Shown: positions 18,025 to 27,772 of the stretch, in pieces
How the letters are laid out: each line of letters starts with the position of its first letter
Numbering within the stretch: the stretch's first letter is position 1
Source of the DNA: Tubiluchus corallicola
Lineage: Eukaryota > Animalia > Priapulida
Assembly: GCA_030141605.1 (NCBI GenBank)
Contig: JAQGDQ010002429.1
Span: 1 to 44,328, forward strand
Length of the DNA stretch: 44,328 bases
Direction of reading: 5' to 3'
Translations under genes and position numbers: made by a program
Notes under the pieces: model-generated
Databases searched by the model: none
Seen by the model: the letters and a program-made list of their open reading frames with translations, nothing else
What the model was told of the DNA's origin: nothing

Positions 18025-18039
18025 ATTCTATTTATGTTC
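18025..18039. promoter_or_regulatory. LexA-like box (ATTC-N7-GTTC) next to the -35 element
   Basis: ATTCtatttatGTTC, one mismatch from GTTC-N7-GTTC, 6 bp upstream of the -35. Confidence 0.4.
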
Positions 18040-18195
18040 TATATATATTTTAAATTGCGACTTAAGGTAGAATAAGAATTATAGGCCCACAAATCAATAC
18101 TAAATGTATTGAATCGGGTCGCAAAAAAGAGCCGAAAATTTACCCATTTCCTATCACAAATAGACCCGATTACTCTATGGTAAAAACAATAAAAC

Positions 18196-19116
18196 TTAAT
18201 GACACAAAAGTAAGGGCATCAAAGCACGCTCCAAAAGATACCGCGTAACGCCTCCTAAAACCATCTCACGAAAACGACTATGCCCAAAAGCTCCACAAAC
18301 CAATAAATCAGCATCCCTTTCCTCACAGGCCGCAACCAGACCCGCACCAACAGATGTCACATCTTGCTTCTGTATAATACAGTTTTCCGCTTTAATATTA
18401 TGCCAGTATAACCATTTCTGCAAATCAGACGCAACTTCAGAAGGGGTTTTATCACTTTTAAATGTTATGATAATAACATTGCTCGCTTTCTTTAAAAAAG
18501 GAAGCGCAGCAATAACAGATTGACACGCCTCACTACTGCCGTTCCAGGAAATCGCAACTGTTTTTCCCTCAAAACCCGTATATCCATGAGGAACAACAAA
18601 AACAGGACGATGCGCCTCAAATAAAGCGATATTTAACGCTGTAGAAGCCCAAGGATCAAAAGAATTACCCGGATGAGAGGTAACAATAATATCCGCTGTC
18701 CGACAATGCATCGCAAAAGAATCAACATGATCATTACGAATACGAGGCGTCCAAGAGGCACTCGGAAGTGTTTTTGGATCCTCTGAAGAAATCACATCAA
18801 TATCATACTCCTTACAAACATTCAAAAAGATATCCCGAAATTCCTTACGCTGCTGCTCGTCTATATTCTTCGACGCCTTAAAATACTCTTCGATAATCTC
18901 ACTGTCACTATAATCCGACAAAGGATAATAAATCGGCTGTAACCCAGGAACAGCCGTCGTCAACAACTGGTTATGCAACTTCGGTGAAGTAGACATTGAA
19001 GCTCGAAAAACATCAAAATGCGCCTCAAATATCTTTGCCAAAACAGAGGCAACCTTTAATGTATCTAACGCCGTATCGCGCATTTCCAGAGGAACCAATA
19101 TCCTTTTGATTGCCAT
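18196..19116 (-). CDS. Universal stress protein (tandem Usp)
   Basis: MAIKRILVPL, HRPVFVVP, ISWNGSSEA, DLLVCGAFGHSRFREMVLGGVTRYLL. Confidence 0.92.
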   Translation of the reverse strand: MAIKRILVPLEMRDTALDTLKVASVLAKIFEAHFDVFRASMSTSPKLHNQLLTTAVPGLQPIYYPLSDYSDSEIIEEYFKASKNIDEQQRKEFRDIFLNVCKEYDIDVISSEDPKTLPSASWTPRIRNDHVDSFAMHCRTADIIVTSHPGNSFDPWASTALNIALFEAHRPVFVVPHGYTGFEGKTVAISWNGSSEACQSVIAALPFLKKASNVIIITFKSDKTPSEVASDLQKWLYWHNIKAENCIIQKQDVTSVGAGLVAACEERDADLLVCGAFGHSRFREMVLGGVTRYLLERALMPLLLCH

Positions 19117-19427
19117 TAGACTTCTCCTTTTCTCATTAAAGACAAAAAAAATACATGAAACTCACTCTTCTGTTTTCAATATTATACTCTTTATTGTGAT
19201 ATGTTTATCAAATTTTTTCAAGCTCAAAAACAGGAGCTCTCTACCATAAGATGAATAGAGACAAAAATATACCCAGACCTTAACACTCAAAACCCTCTAT
19301 TCCAAAGCCACATTGTAATAGCCTAAACAAAAATCTAAGAAATTTTGAAAAAATTATATTATACAATACAATAGAGCAAACAAATCCTTTAAACTCTATA
19401 TAATAAAAAGAAAACATGGAGGCAAAT

Positions 19428-20324
19428 ATGGAAATTGTTGAAATCCGTAATAACGATTTTAAACTCTTAAAAAAACGCGGATTTTTAATTATTCACGATA
19501 AAAATCAAAATAAGGAAATAGGAAATGTCCCGCTGGATTCAGTGTCAGCCCTTATTCTAACAGCAGACAACGCCACACTCACCAAACAAATTATGGTTTC
19601 CTTAGCAAAACAAGGCGCACCCATCGTTGTCTGCGACGAAACCTATACACCCTCTTCAATCATGCTTCCTTATGGCTCTCATTATAAACATACAGAACGC
19701 GTCAAAAAACAAATTAACGCCACACCTGAACTTCTTGGAAAACTCTGGAAGAAAATCATCACCTATAAAATCTACAATCAAGCGCAAACATTAGAATATT
19801 TTTATCCCAACCACCCTACAGTCAAAACACTGAAATATTACTCCCAGAGAGTGAGATGGAACGATGGATACCGCTACGAAGCCTATACAGCACGCGAATA
19901 TTTCAAAGCTCTCTTTCCCAGAAAATTCAAACGAGATCGAGACGCCAGCGATATTAATATCTTTTTAAATTACGGCTATACAATTTTACGCTCGACAATC
20001 GCTCGCTATCTTGTCGCCTCAGGATTAAATCCCGCACTCGGTATTCACCACAGCAATACCCTCAACCCCTATGTTCTCGTGGATGATATGATAGAACCTT
20101 ACCGCCCTTTGGTTGACTTTTACGCTCTCAATCTCTGGAAAACAAAAGAACACACTCTGACACCAACCACAAAAAGAAAATTGATCTCTATCCTGAGTCA
20201 TAAAATTCGCTACAACAAAAAAGAAACATCCATAGAACAGGAAATCAGTGCCTATATTAACTCTTTGGCGCAAAGCTATCTCAAGGGAAAAGTCGTTTTA
20301 AAACATGGAGAATTCATATGGTAG
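19428..20324 (+). CDS. cas1: CRISPR-associated endonuclease Cas1 (type II-C)
   Basis: YEAYTAREYF, NIFLNYGYTILRS, GIHHSN, LVDDMIEPYRPLVD with the catalytic E/H/acidic residues present. ATG 19428 follows GGAGG; an alternative start is 19416. Confidence 0.93.
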   Translation: MEIVEIRNNDFKLLKKRGFLIIHDKNQNKEIGNVPLDSVSALILTADNATLTKQIMVSLAKQGAPIVVCDETYTPSSIMLPYGSHYKHTERVKKQINATPELLGKLWKKIITYKIYNQAQTLEYFYPNHPTVKTLKYYSQRVRWNDGYRYEAYTAREYFKALFPRKFKRDRDASDINIFLNYGYTILRSTIARYLVASGLNPALGIHHSNTLNPYVLVDDMIEPYRPLVDFYALNLWKTKEHTLTPTTKRKLISILSHKIRYNKKETSIEQEISAYINSLAQSYLKGKVVLKHGEFIW

Positions 20325-20428
20325 CCTTATCTAAAAGTAAGGCTAAGGGGGGAGAGAAATCTCCCCCAACCATTTTACGATATAAAATCTTATTATATGT
20401 GTTACTGGTCCAACACATTTCTGATACT
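20322..20428 (-). ncRNA. tracrRNA
   Basis: Anti-repeat 20401-20427 (25/27 match to the repeat), 3-nt bulge, lower stem 20392-20397, then nexus-like ATTTTA/TAAAAT and hairpins GGGGGAGA/TCTCCCCC and TAGCCTTA/TAAGGCTA. Confidence 0.88.
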
Positions 20429-20523
20429 TACTATTTGTACTATATTTTTATAGCATATGCAACAAAAAAACGTATATAATTGATACGATCAAACCAAAAA
20501 GTTTAAAAAAAGGGAGCCTACTT

Positions 20524-23500
20524 ATGAAATATCGTTTAGCACTGGATCTCGGAGTCTCCTCTATCGGAAGCGCGATTATCGAACTTAACGACGACAACAC
20601 GCCCAAAACCATTATTGACGCAGGTGTCCGTATTTTTCCTCTCTCAGAAGGGGCAGAAAATCGACGAGGAAACCGTGGCCAGCGAAAAAATATCGCCCGG
20701 AGAAAAAAACGCCTTCAACTCCTTAAAAAAATCCTTACCGAAAAAAACCTGTGGCCTTCAGAAAAAAGTAAAGAGGATAAAATAAATGCTCTGAACGCTT
20801 ACGGTATTCGCACTCAGGCGATCCGAGGAAAACTAAACGATCCCCATGAAATTGGCCGTGCGTTCCTTCATCTCGCGAAACATCGTGGCGCCGGATTTTT
20901 AGATATTCAAGCGCAGGAAATTGAAAAAAACAGTGCGCTGGATCTCGACGATGAAGACGGAAAAAAGAAAAAAAAAGAAAAAAAACTAACCGACTATGAC
21001 TATCTGGAAATATACATGCAGGACGCAAACTGTCGAACTGTCGGCGAGTTCTTTTATATGCGTCAGAAACCTAGTTATCGAAAAGAAATTCCTCGCGCTC
21101 AAAAACATAGCGGCAAAAAAATTGTTCACTATGAACAGGAAACACGTCTCGCTGTCCGCCAGAATAAAAAACAAGTAGAGAAAAAAGAAGTTGATTACGC
21201 AATCCCACGCTACCTTGTCAAAGAGGAATTCGAACTCATCTGGGAGAAACAAAAAGACTATTACCACACTTTAACCGATAACGATTTTAAACAACGCGTT
21301 TATGACACTCTGTTTTTTGAACAGAGACACGCTCCGTACGCAACCGGGAATTGCCCCTATGTCACAGAGGAAAAAAGACTATCTAAAGCTCACCCTCTGG
21401 CAGAAGAACGCAGAATTTATGAGGAAACCAACAATATCCGTGTCCTGACCGATCATGAAAAACGCATCTTAACAAAAAAAGAACGCGATCAAATTATTAA
21501 CGAGCTTCTGATGCAAGGAAAAAGCGCAGGAAAGCAAAGTATCAAAACGCTTTTAGGTAATAATAAAATAAAGATTTCCCTTCAGGACAACCGCATAATC
21601 AGGCCCTATCTTTTATCCCGGGAAGAGTATAAGCAGATTCCTACTTTATTAACTCTTCCGCAGGAAAAATTGTATGATCTTTTTGAATTTATGGCAGAGC
21701 CCGCCGTCCCTGGCGATCCTGACGGGCGCTTATATCGAGAAGATGAGCTGATTGAAGAGCTGAAAAAACGCCTTGATATAGAAGATCGCAAGCAAATTGA
21801 GCAGCTTTTAAAAATTATGCCTAAAGATAGATCCGCTCTTGGAAAAACAGCGACTTTAAAAATTAACGCCCTCTTAAAAGAGGATGTCATTTCCTACCGA
21901 GAAGCAACAGATCACCTGTTCGCCGAAGGAGATGCCCGCTTTGAATCAGAAGAGGAAATCGCACGCAAGCTGCAGGGAAAATATGAAAAACTGCCGTATT
22001 ACGGAGAAATCTTATCCAAAGATGTTCAACCTGTTCATCCCTGGCAAAAGAAACGCAACAAAACACTTAATCCCGGTGAAAAAAAATATGGAAAAGTCGC
22101 GAATCCCGCTGTCCATATGATTTTAAACCAGCTACGTCTTGTGGTCAACGAGATCATTAAACTCTATGGTCGCCCCTATGACATCAATATAGAACTTGGT
22201 CGAGACGTCGGCATGTCAACAAAGAAAAAAGACGAGTGGGAAAAATGGCAGAAAAATAACCAGAAAGCAAATGAAGAAGCTACTAAAGACCTAAAAAAAC
22301 ACCGTATGGTCGTGAATGGAACAAACATTTTAAAATGGAAGCTGGCAAAAGAACAGGGATGGCAGGATGCCTTTGATCCTGAAAATACAATCTGTGTCTG
22401 TACATTAGGCAGCTTTGAAATCGAGCATCTAATCCCAAGATCCGCCGGAGGAAGCGACACGCCGATGAATCTTGTTTTAACCTCTCGATCTGACAATATG
22501 GCAAAAGGGGAGCTGTATCCGTATGAGTTTTTATCACAACATCGCCCTGACGCTCTAGGTGTTGTCTTAGGTAAAATGCGCAAGAATATGCCGGAAGGAA
22601 AACAATGGCGCTTTGAATCGGACGCCCGGGAGCGGTTTGAAGAAGGAGAAGATGAAGACGCAACCAGCCGCTATCTCACAGACACACGCTATGTGGCAAA
22701 ACTCTCCGCACGCTACTTAAAAGCAATTGTAGATTATCAAGAGGGCGATACAAATGAAGTGCGCATCTTACCTGTAAGAGGCGCTCATACAAGCCGCTTA
22801 AAGCGCACCTGGAACCTGCAGGGTATTGAATATGATATAATGGGGCTTGCTGAAGAAATCCCTCGCTACCTTGACGATTCTTATTATTACTGTAAAGAAA
22901 CAGGCGTTGTTCTTGAACCCGAAAATGTTACAGGCTCTGCCTTATTACATCGTGAAAAAAACCCGGATTGGCTTTCCAAACCGCGTATCACCCACTATCA
23001 TCACGCTGTTGACGCAATTGTCGTTGGATGTCTCAACCGAAACTTCATGGCAGAAATGGCAAAGCGTGATCGTCGCGGTCAGCGCATAGAAAGAAAAGAC
23101 TATCCGATGCCTCTTTCTACCCTTGATTCCGATAATCGTAAAAAAAGCACTGCGATTTTTCGCGATCAGGTGCTAGATTTACTCTCTACTGTAAAAATTT
23201 CTCACAAACCAGATCATTGCACAAGCGGCCAGCTTCATAAAGAAACATTGCGAACTGTCATCATGGAAAACCCAGAGAAAAAAGGGAAGCTTATCACACG
23301 ATATCAACGCCCCATCAGTAATGTTCTGAAAAAAGAATCCGATCTTGAAAAAATACTCTTTAACACCAATACCATTAAGCTAGAGTGGGACAGCCGTATT
23401 AAAGTGGACTATGAAAAATGCCGCACGTTAATTAACGATATCCACGCTGAAAAAGAACAGGCAAGAGAAGATCTGGAACTTAACAATCAGCAGCTTGAAA

Positions 23501-24114
23501 GTGAAGGAAAAAAAGGAAAAAATATAAGCGAACCTGCTATTTTAGCGCACGCCTTTAATCGGGTTAAAGAAGCTGGCAAATATAAATCAAATGCATATCC
23601 TCACTATGAAAATAAAGCAAGCTCCATTTATATTCCAAAACATGGAGCTTGTTATGATTCCGGTAATAATCATTGTGTTCATTTTTATTATATTGAAAAT
23701 AAAAAGGGCGAAAATAAGCTTAAAACAGAGGTTGTGAATCGTTTTGACGCCAATAATAAAGATTTTATTGCTACTTATAAAAAAGAAAAAGGACATCTGC
23801 TCTGGACAGTTCAGCAGGGTGATTTGATAGAGCTGGATACGCCAGAAGAGTGGAAAACGACCGTCGCCTCCCCCCGCTGCATTGCTGAGATTAAAAAAAT
23901 CACTGCAAATGGGGAATTAGGGTTTGTTTTATCTCATGATTCACGAGGAAGTGCTATAGTAAAAGAAATGGCCTATACCCAGCGAGACTTATTAAGCAAA
24001 ATGTTATCTTTTTTTAAAAAACATAACGCCCGTAAAATTGAACTGACTCCTTTTGGTAAAGTAAAGAGAAAACATAAGGCTTTAAAAAATGTCCCGGAAA
24101 CAGCGTCGAAATAG
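20524..24114 (+). CDS. cas9: Type II-C CRISPR nuclease Cas9 (1196 aa)
   Basis: RuvC-I LALDLGVSSIG, Arg-rich bridge helix, HLAKHRG, RuvC-II INIELGRD, HNH EIEHLIPRS...NLVL...DNMAKG, RuvC-III HYHHAVDAIVV. Confidence 0.96.
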   Translation: MKYRLALDLGVSSIGSAIIELNDDNTPKTIIDAGVRIFPLSEGAENRRGNRGQRKNIARRKKRLQLLKKILTEKNLWPSEKSKEDKINALNAYGIRTQAIRGKLNDPHEIGRAFLHLAKHRGAGFLDIQAQEIEKNSALDLDDEDGKKKKKEKKLTDYDYLEIYMQDANCRTVGEFFYMRQKPSYRKEIPRAQKHSGKKIVHYEQETRLAVRQNKKQVEKKEVDYAIPRYLVKEEFELIWEKQKDYYHTLTDNDFKQRVYDTLFFEQRHAPYATGNCPYVTEEKRLSKAHPLAEERRIYEETNNIRVLTDHEKRILTKKERDQIINELLMQGKSAGKQSIKTLLGNNKIKISLQDNRIIRPYLLSREEYKQIPTLLTLPQEKLYDLFEFMAEPAVPGDPDGRLYREDELIEELKKRLDIEDRKQIEQLLKIMPKDRSALGKTATLKINALLKEDVISYREATDHLFAEGDARFESEEEIARKLQGKYEKLPYYGEILSKDVQPVHPWQKKRNKTLNPGEKKYGKVANPAVHMILNQLRLVVNEIIKLYGRPYDINIELGRDVGMSTKKKDEWEKWQKNNQKANEEATKDLKKHRMVVNGTNILKWKLAKEQGWQDAFDPENTICVCTLGSFEIEHLIPRSAGGSDTPMNLVLTSRSDNMAKGELYPYEFLSQHRPDALGVVLGKMRKNMPEGKQWRFESDARERFEEGEDEDATSRYLTDTRYVAKLSARYLKAIVDYQEGDTNEVRILPVRGAHTSRLKRTWNLQGIEYDIMGLAEEIPRYLDDSYYYCKETGVVLEPENVTGSALLHREKNPDWLSKPRITHYHHAVDAIVVGCLNRNFMAEMAKRDRRGQRIERKDYPMPLSTLDSDNRKKSTAIFRDQVLDLLSTVKISHKPDHCTSGQLHKETLRTVIMENPEKKGKLITRYQRPISNVLKKESDLEKILFNTNTIKLEWDSRIKVDYEKCRTLINDIHAEKEQAREDLELNNQQLESEGKKGKNISEPAILAHAFNRVKEAGKYKSNAYPHYENKASSIYIPKHGACYDSGNNHCVHFYYIENKKGENKLKTEVVNRFDANNKDFIATYKKEKGHLLWTVQQGDLIELDTPEEWKTTVASPRCIAEIKKITANGELGFVLSHDSRGSAIVKEMAYTQRDLLSKMLSFFKKHNARKIELTPFGKVKRKHKALKNVPETASK

Positions 24115-24451
24115 TCTGACAGGCTGGACTATCATGTGGGTGATGTGTTTATTTGACCTGCCTGTGCGCACTAAGACAGAAATGCGCCGCGCAACCCGGT
24201 TTCGCAACCTGCTTTTGGACAAGGGATTTTTCATGAAGCAATTTTCTGTCTATATGCGCCCCAGTGGCACAATGGATCAAGCAAAACGGCTTGTCAAAAG
24301 CTTTAGACATGCGATTCCTGATGGAGGTGAGGTTACTTTTCTTTACCTGACCGATCGTCAATATTTAATCGCAGAAAATTATTGCGGAAAAAGCCCAAAA
24401 CCTAACGAAGAAGAAGAAAGACGCACCCAAGGGCAGCTTTTGTTATTTTGA
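24089..24451 (+). CDS. cas2: CRISPR-associated endoribonuclease Cas2
   Basis: MWVMCLFDLPV, FRNLLLDKGFFMKQFSVY, LTDRQY, C-terminal QLLLF. Confidence 0.94.
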   Translation: MSRKQRRNSLTGWTIMWVMCLFDLPVRTKTEMRRATRFRNLLLDKGFFMKQFSVYMRPSGTMDQAKRLVKSFRHAIPDGGEVTFLYLTDRQYLIAENYCGKSPKPNEEEERRTQGQLLLF

Positions 24452-24480
24452 TTCCAGAGCGTTTTATTCATTATGAAACA

Positions 24481-24505
24481 AAAAAGCACCTTTCAGGTGC
24501 TTTTT
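24481..24505. terminator. Bidirectional terminator-like hairpin between cas2 and the array
   Basis: AAAAAGCACCT-ttc-AGGTGCTTTTT. Confidence 0.75.
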
Positions 24506-24557
24506 CTATACGCTTACTCTTAAAAAATCTTATTTATCAGTCTGTTGCTGCGGCTCT

Positions 24558-27500
24558 ATTGTATCAGAAATGAGTTGGACCAGCAACTATAACTAAAACG
24601 GGCGCCAGTTTCTTGGCGACTTCATTGTATCAGAAATGAGTTGGACCAGCAACTATAACTACTGCCCCCCACAAATCCGACAAATCGCCATTGTATCAGA
24701 AATGAGTTGGACCAGCAACTATAACACGCTCCCGTACATCGTCATCTACCTCAACATTGTATCAGAAATGAGTTGGACCAGCAACTATAACCCCCGCCCC
24801 TTGTCCCCAAAGCCTTTTTGGATTGTATCAGAAATGAGTTGGACCAGCAACTATAACTCAAAAACGGTAGTGGCGGTTACTACCGCAATTGTATCAGAAA
24901 TGAGTTGGACCAGCAACTATAACCCTCTTTTTTAAGCATATTGTTACGATTCGATTGTATCAGAAATGAGTTGGACCAGCAACTATAACGTAAAAAAGCC
25001 GAAAAAGAACAGATAGCTAATTGTATCAGAAATGAGTTGGACCAGCAACTATAACCGCAGGGAGGCTGTTCCGCAGGATGTAAAAATTGTATCAGAAATG
25101 AGTTGGACCAGCAACTATAACTGTTATTTATAAGTATATATTAGCGTGTATATTGTATCAGAAATGAGTTGGACCAGCAACTATAACTTTTTTGAGCAAA
25201 ACAAGGACCTTCCCCGTATTGTATCAGAAATGAGTTGGACCAGCAACTATAACCACGCCAGCCGAGGATTGGAATTTACGGTAATTGTATCAGAAATGAG
25301 TTGGACCAGCAACTATAACAATTTGACACTACGGAAATCGACAAGTTGAATTGTATCAGAAATGAGTTGGACCAGCAACTATAACACGCAAGTAATTCTA
25401 TCACGATAACTCCTAATTGTATCAGAAATGAGTTGGACCAGCAACTATAACCCTGCACTTCTTTTCGTAAAACAGGCGCTAATTGTATCAGAAATGAGTT
25501 GGACCAGCAACTATAACTGTACGTATCTGGGGAAGGCGAAAAGCTGGATTGTATCAGAAATGAGTTGGACCAGCAACTATAACGTGTGGCAGCGGAAAAC
25601 GAGCTATTTGACAATTGTATCAGAAATGAGTTGGACCAGCAACTATAACAGGAAGTTGTCGCGGCCATAAAGGACGCCGATTGTATCAGAAATGAGTTGG
25701 ACCAGCAACTATAACTGGATAGCGAATCCACTTCCTTTGATTTTTATTGTATCAGAAATGAGTTGGACCAGCAACTATAACAAAGAAATAGGGGAATTGT
25801 TGCAGCTGGAGATTGTATCAGAAATGAGTTGGACCAGCAACTATAACAACCCACGACTCGCCGCAACGAATCGGATAATTGTATCAGAAATGAGTTGGAC
25901 CAGCAACTATAACGCAATTTTTCCAATTTATCGTTTTTCCTAAATTGTATCAGAAATGAGTTGGACCAGCAACTATAACCAGCGGGGGCGCCTTCTTTCC
26001 CATATTCGCATTGTATCAGAAATGAGTTGGACCAGCAACTATAACACGCTTGTTCATATCCTCTATATTCTTCGATTGTATCAGAAATGAGTTGGACCAG
26101 CAACTATAACCCTCGCCGAACGCGGAGTATGCGGCCACAAATTGTATCAGAAATGAGTTGGACCAGCAACTATAACCCAAAAGCGGCGGTCGTTTCTGCT
26201 AAAACAATTGTATCAGAAATGAGTTGGACCAGCAACTATAACGACCTAGCTAACCCCTTGATATGGCAGCCTATTGTATCAGAAATGAGTTGGACCAGCA
26301 ACTATAACTTTGCGTGCGACAGGGCGATACGGTCGTCCATTGTATCAGAAATGAGTTGGACCAGCAACTATAACAGCGCTTCAGCAGGGGAAAAATCCGA
26401 ATCCATTGTATCAGAAATGAGTTGGACCAGCAACTATAACCCTATCCCACGCAAAAAATGGTAAATTTTAATTGTATCAGAAATGAGTTGGACCAGCAAC
26501 TATAACAACAGGTTTATCTGGAACGAGCAGCCCGGCATTGTATCAGAAATGAGTTGGACCAGCAACTATAACAGCCTCTGCCGCCACGGCAAGAAAAGCC
26601 TGATTGTATCAGAAATGAGTTGGACCAGCAACTATAACCAACGAGCGACTCGGCTCTAGCCCGCTTTTATTGTATCAGAAATGAGTTGGACCAGCAACTA
26701 TAACCTTTAGCTGCGAATCGATGTCCGCTTTCTTATTGTATCAGAAATGAGTTGGACCAGCAACTATAACAATGTAGCGCTGTTTTGCGCCTCTTGGCTT
26801 ATTGTATCAGAAATGAGTTGGACCAGCAACTATAACAAAACGAGCATTCCGGAGGATTCCACAGAGATTGTATCAGAAATGAGTTGGACCAGCAACTATA
26901 ACCAAATTTGGTATGCGGGCGCCACGCTCAATATTGTATCAGAAATGAGTTGGACCAGCAACTATAACTCGGCTGGGAACGTGCTGTAATCTTGCTTTAT
27001 TGTATCAGAAATGAGTTGGACCAGCAACTATAACTCCTCAAAAAATTCCATTTTCGATCATAGCATTGTATCAGAAATGAGTTGGACCAGCAACTATAAC
27101 TGTTTTTCCATTTATCCCGATTCGCTAGTTATTGTATCAGAAATGAGTTGGACCAGCAACTATAACGATTTTCATTTCCCAGTGTCAAAAACGCAAATTG
27201 TATCAGAAATGAGTTGGACCAGCAACTATAACTCCCCGCGCAAACTAGCTAAAATCGCCGCGATTGTATCAGAAATGAGTTGGACCAGCAACTATAACCC
27301 GGTCACCAACTCAATGTCCTGTTGCGAAATTGTATCAGAAATGAGTTGGACCAGCAACTATAACTATTTGTTGAAATAAAAGGAACGTTTTTAAATTGTA
27401 TCAGAAATGAGTTGGACCAGCAACTATAACATTCCCGAATGCAATATCCATGCCATCTATATTGTATCAGAAATGAGTTGGACCAGCAACTATAACAAGT

Positions 27501-27760
27501 AGCCTCTTGGATCGCGGGGCAGCTCAATTGTATCAGAAATGAGTTGGACCAGCAACTATAACATAGGGAAGGCGGGCGCACCGCTATCGTTGATTGTATC
27601 AGAAATGAGTTGGACCAGCAACTATAACCGCGGTACAAGAATACCTCGCCTGTACCCGATTGTATCAGAAATGAGTTGGACCAGCAACTATAACGGAGGA
27701 AACAGACTGAAATAGCGGCGCGCCATTGTATCAGAAATGAGTTGGACCAGCAACTACAAG
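24558..27760 (-). CRISPR. CRISPR array: 49 repeats of 36 bp and 48 spacers (30 bp; one of 29 bp at 26046-26074)
   Basis: Repeat on the minus strand is GTTATAGTTGCTGGTCCAACTCATTTCTGATACAAT with a 66-bp period; the terminal repeat at 27725-27760 is degenerate. Orientation inferred from the GTT start and tracrRNA pairing. Confidence 0.98.
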
Positions 27761-27772
27761 AAGACAAAATCA

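Noticed and set aside
18050-18065. CtrA box upstream of the phage module
   Set aside because: Spacing is TTAA-N8-TTAA, not N7, in very AT-rich DNA.
19194-19212. FNR-like site upstream of usp (TGAT-N6-ATCA)
   Set aside because: Spacing does not fit TTGAT-N4-ATCAA.
25452-25481. Spacer 14 shares TAAAACAGGCGCTA (14 nt) with the adaptor gene at 10443-10456
   Set aside because: Only 18/30 overall, the match is at the PAM-distal end, and one such 14-mer hit is plausible by chance for 48 spacers against 44 kb.
26046-26074. Spacer 23 shares TCTATATTCTTCG with usp near 18860-18872
   Set aside because: 13-nt AT-rich match with mismatched remainder; chance level.
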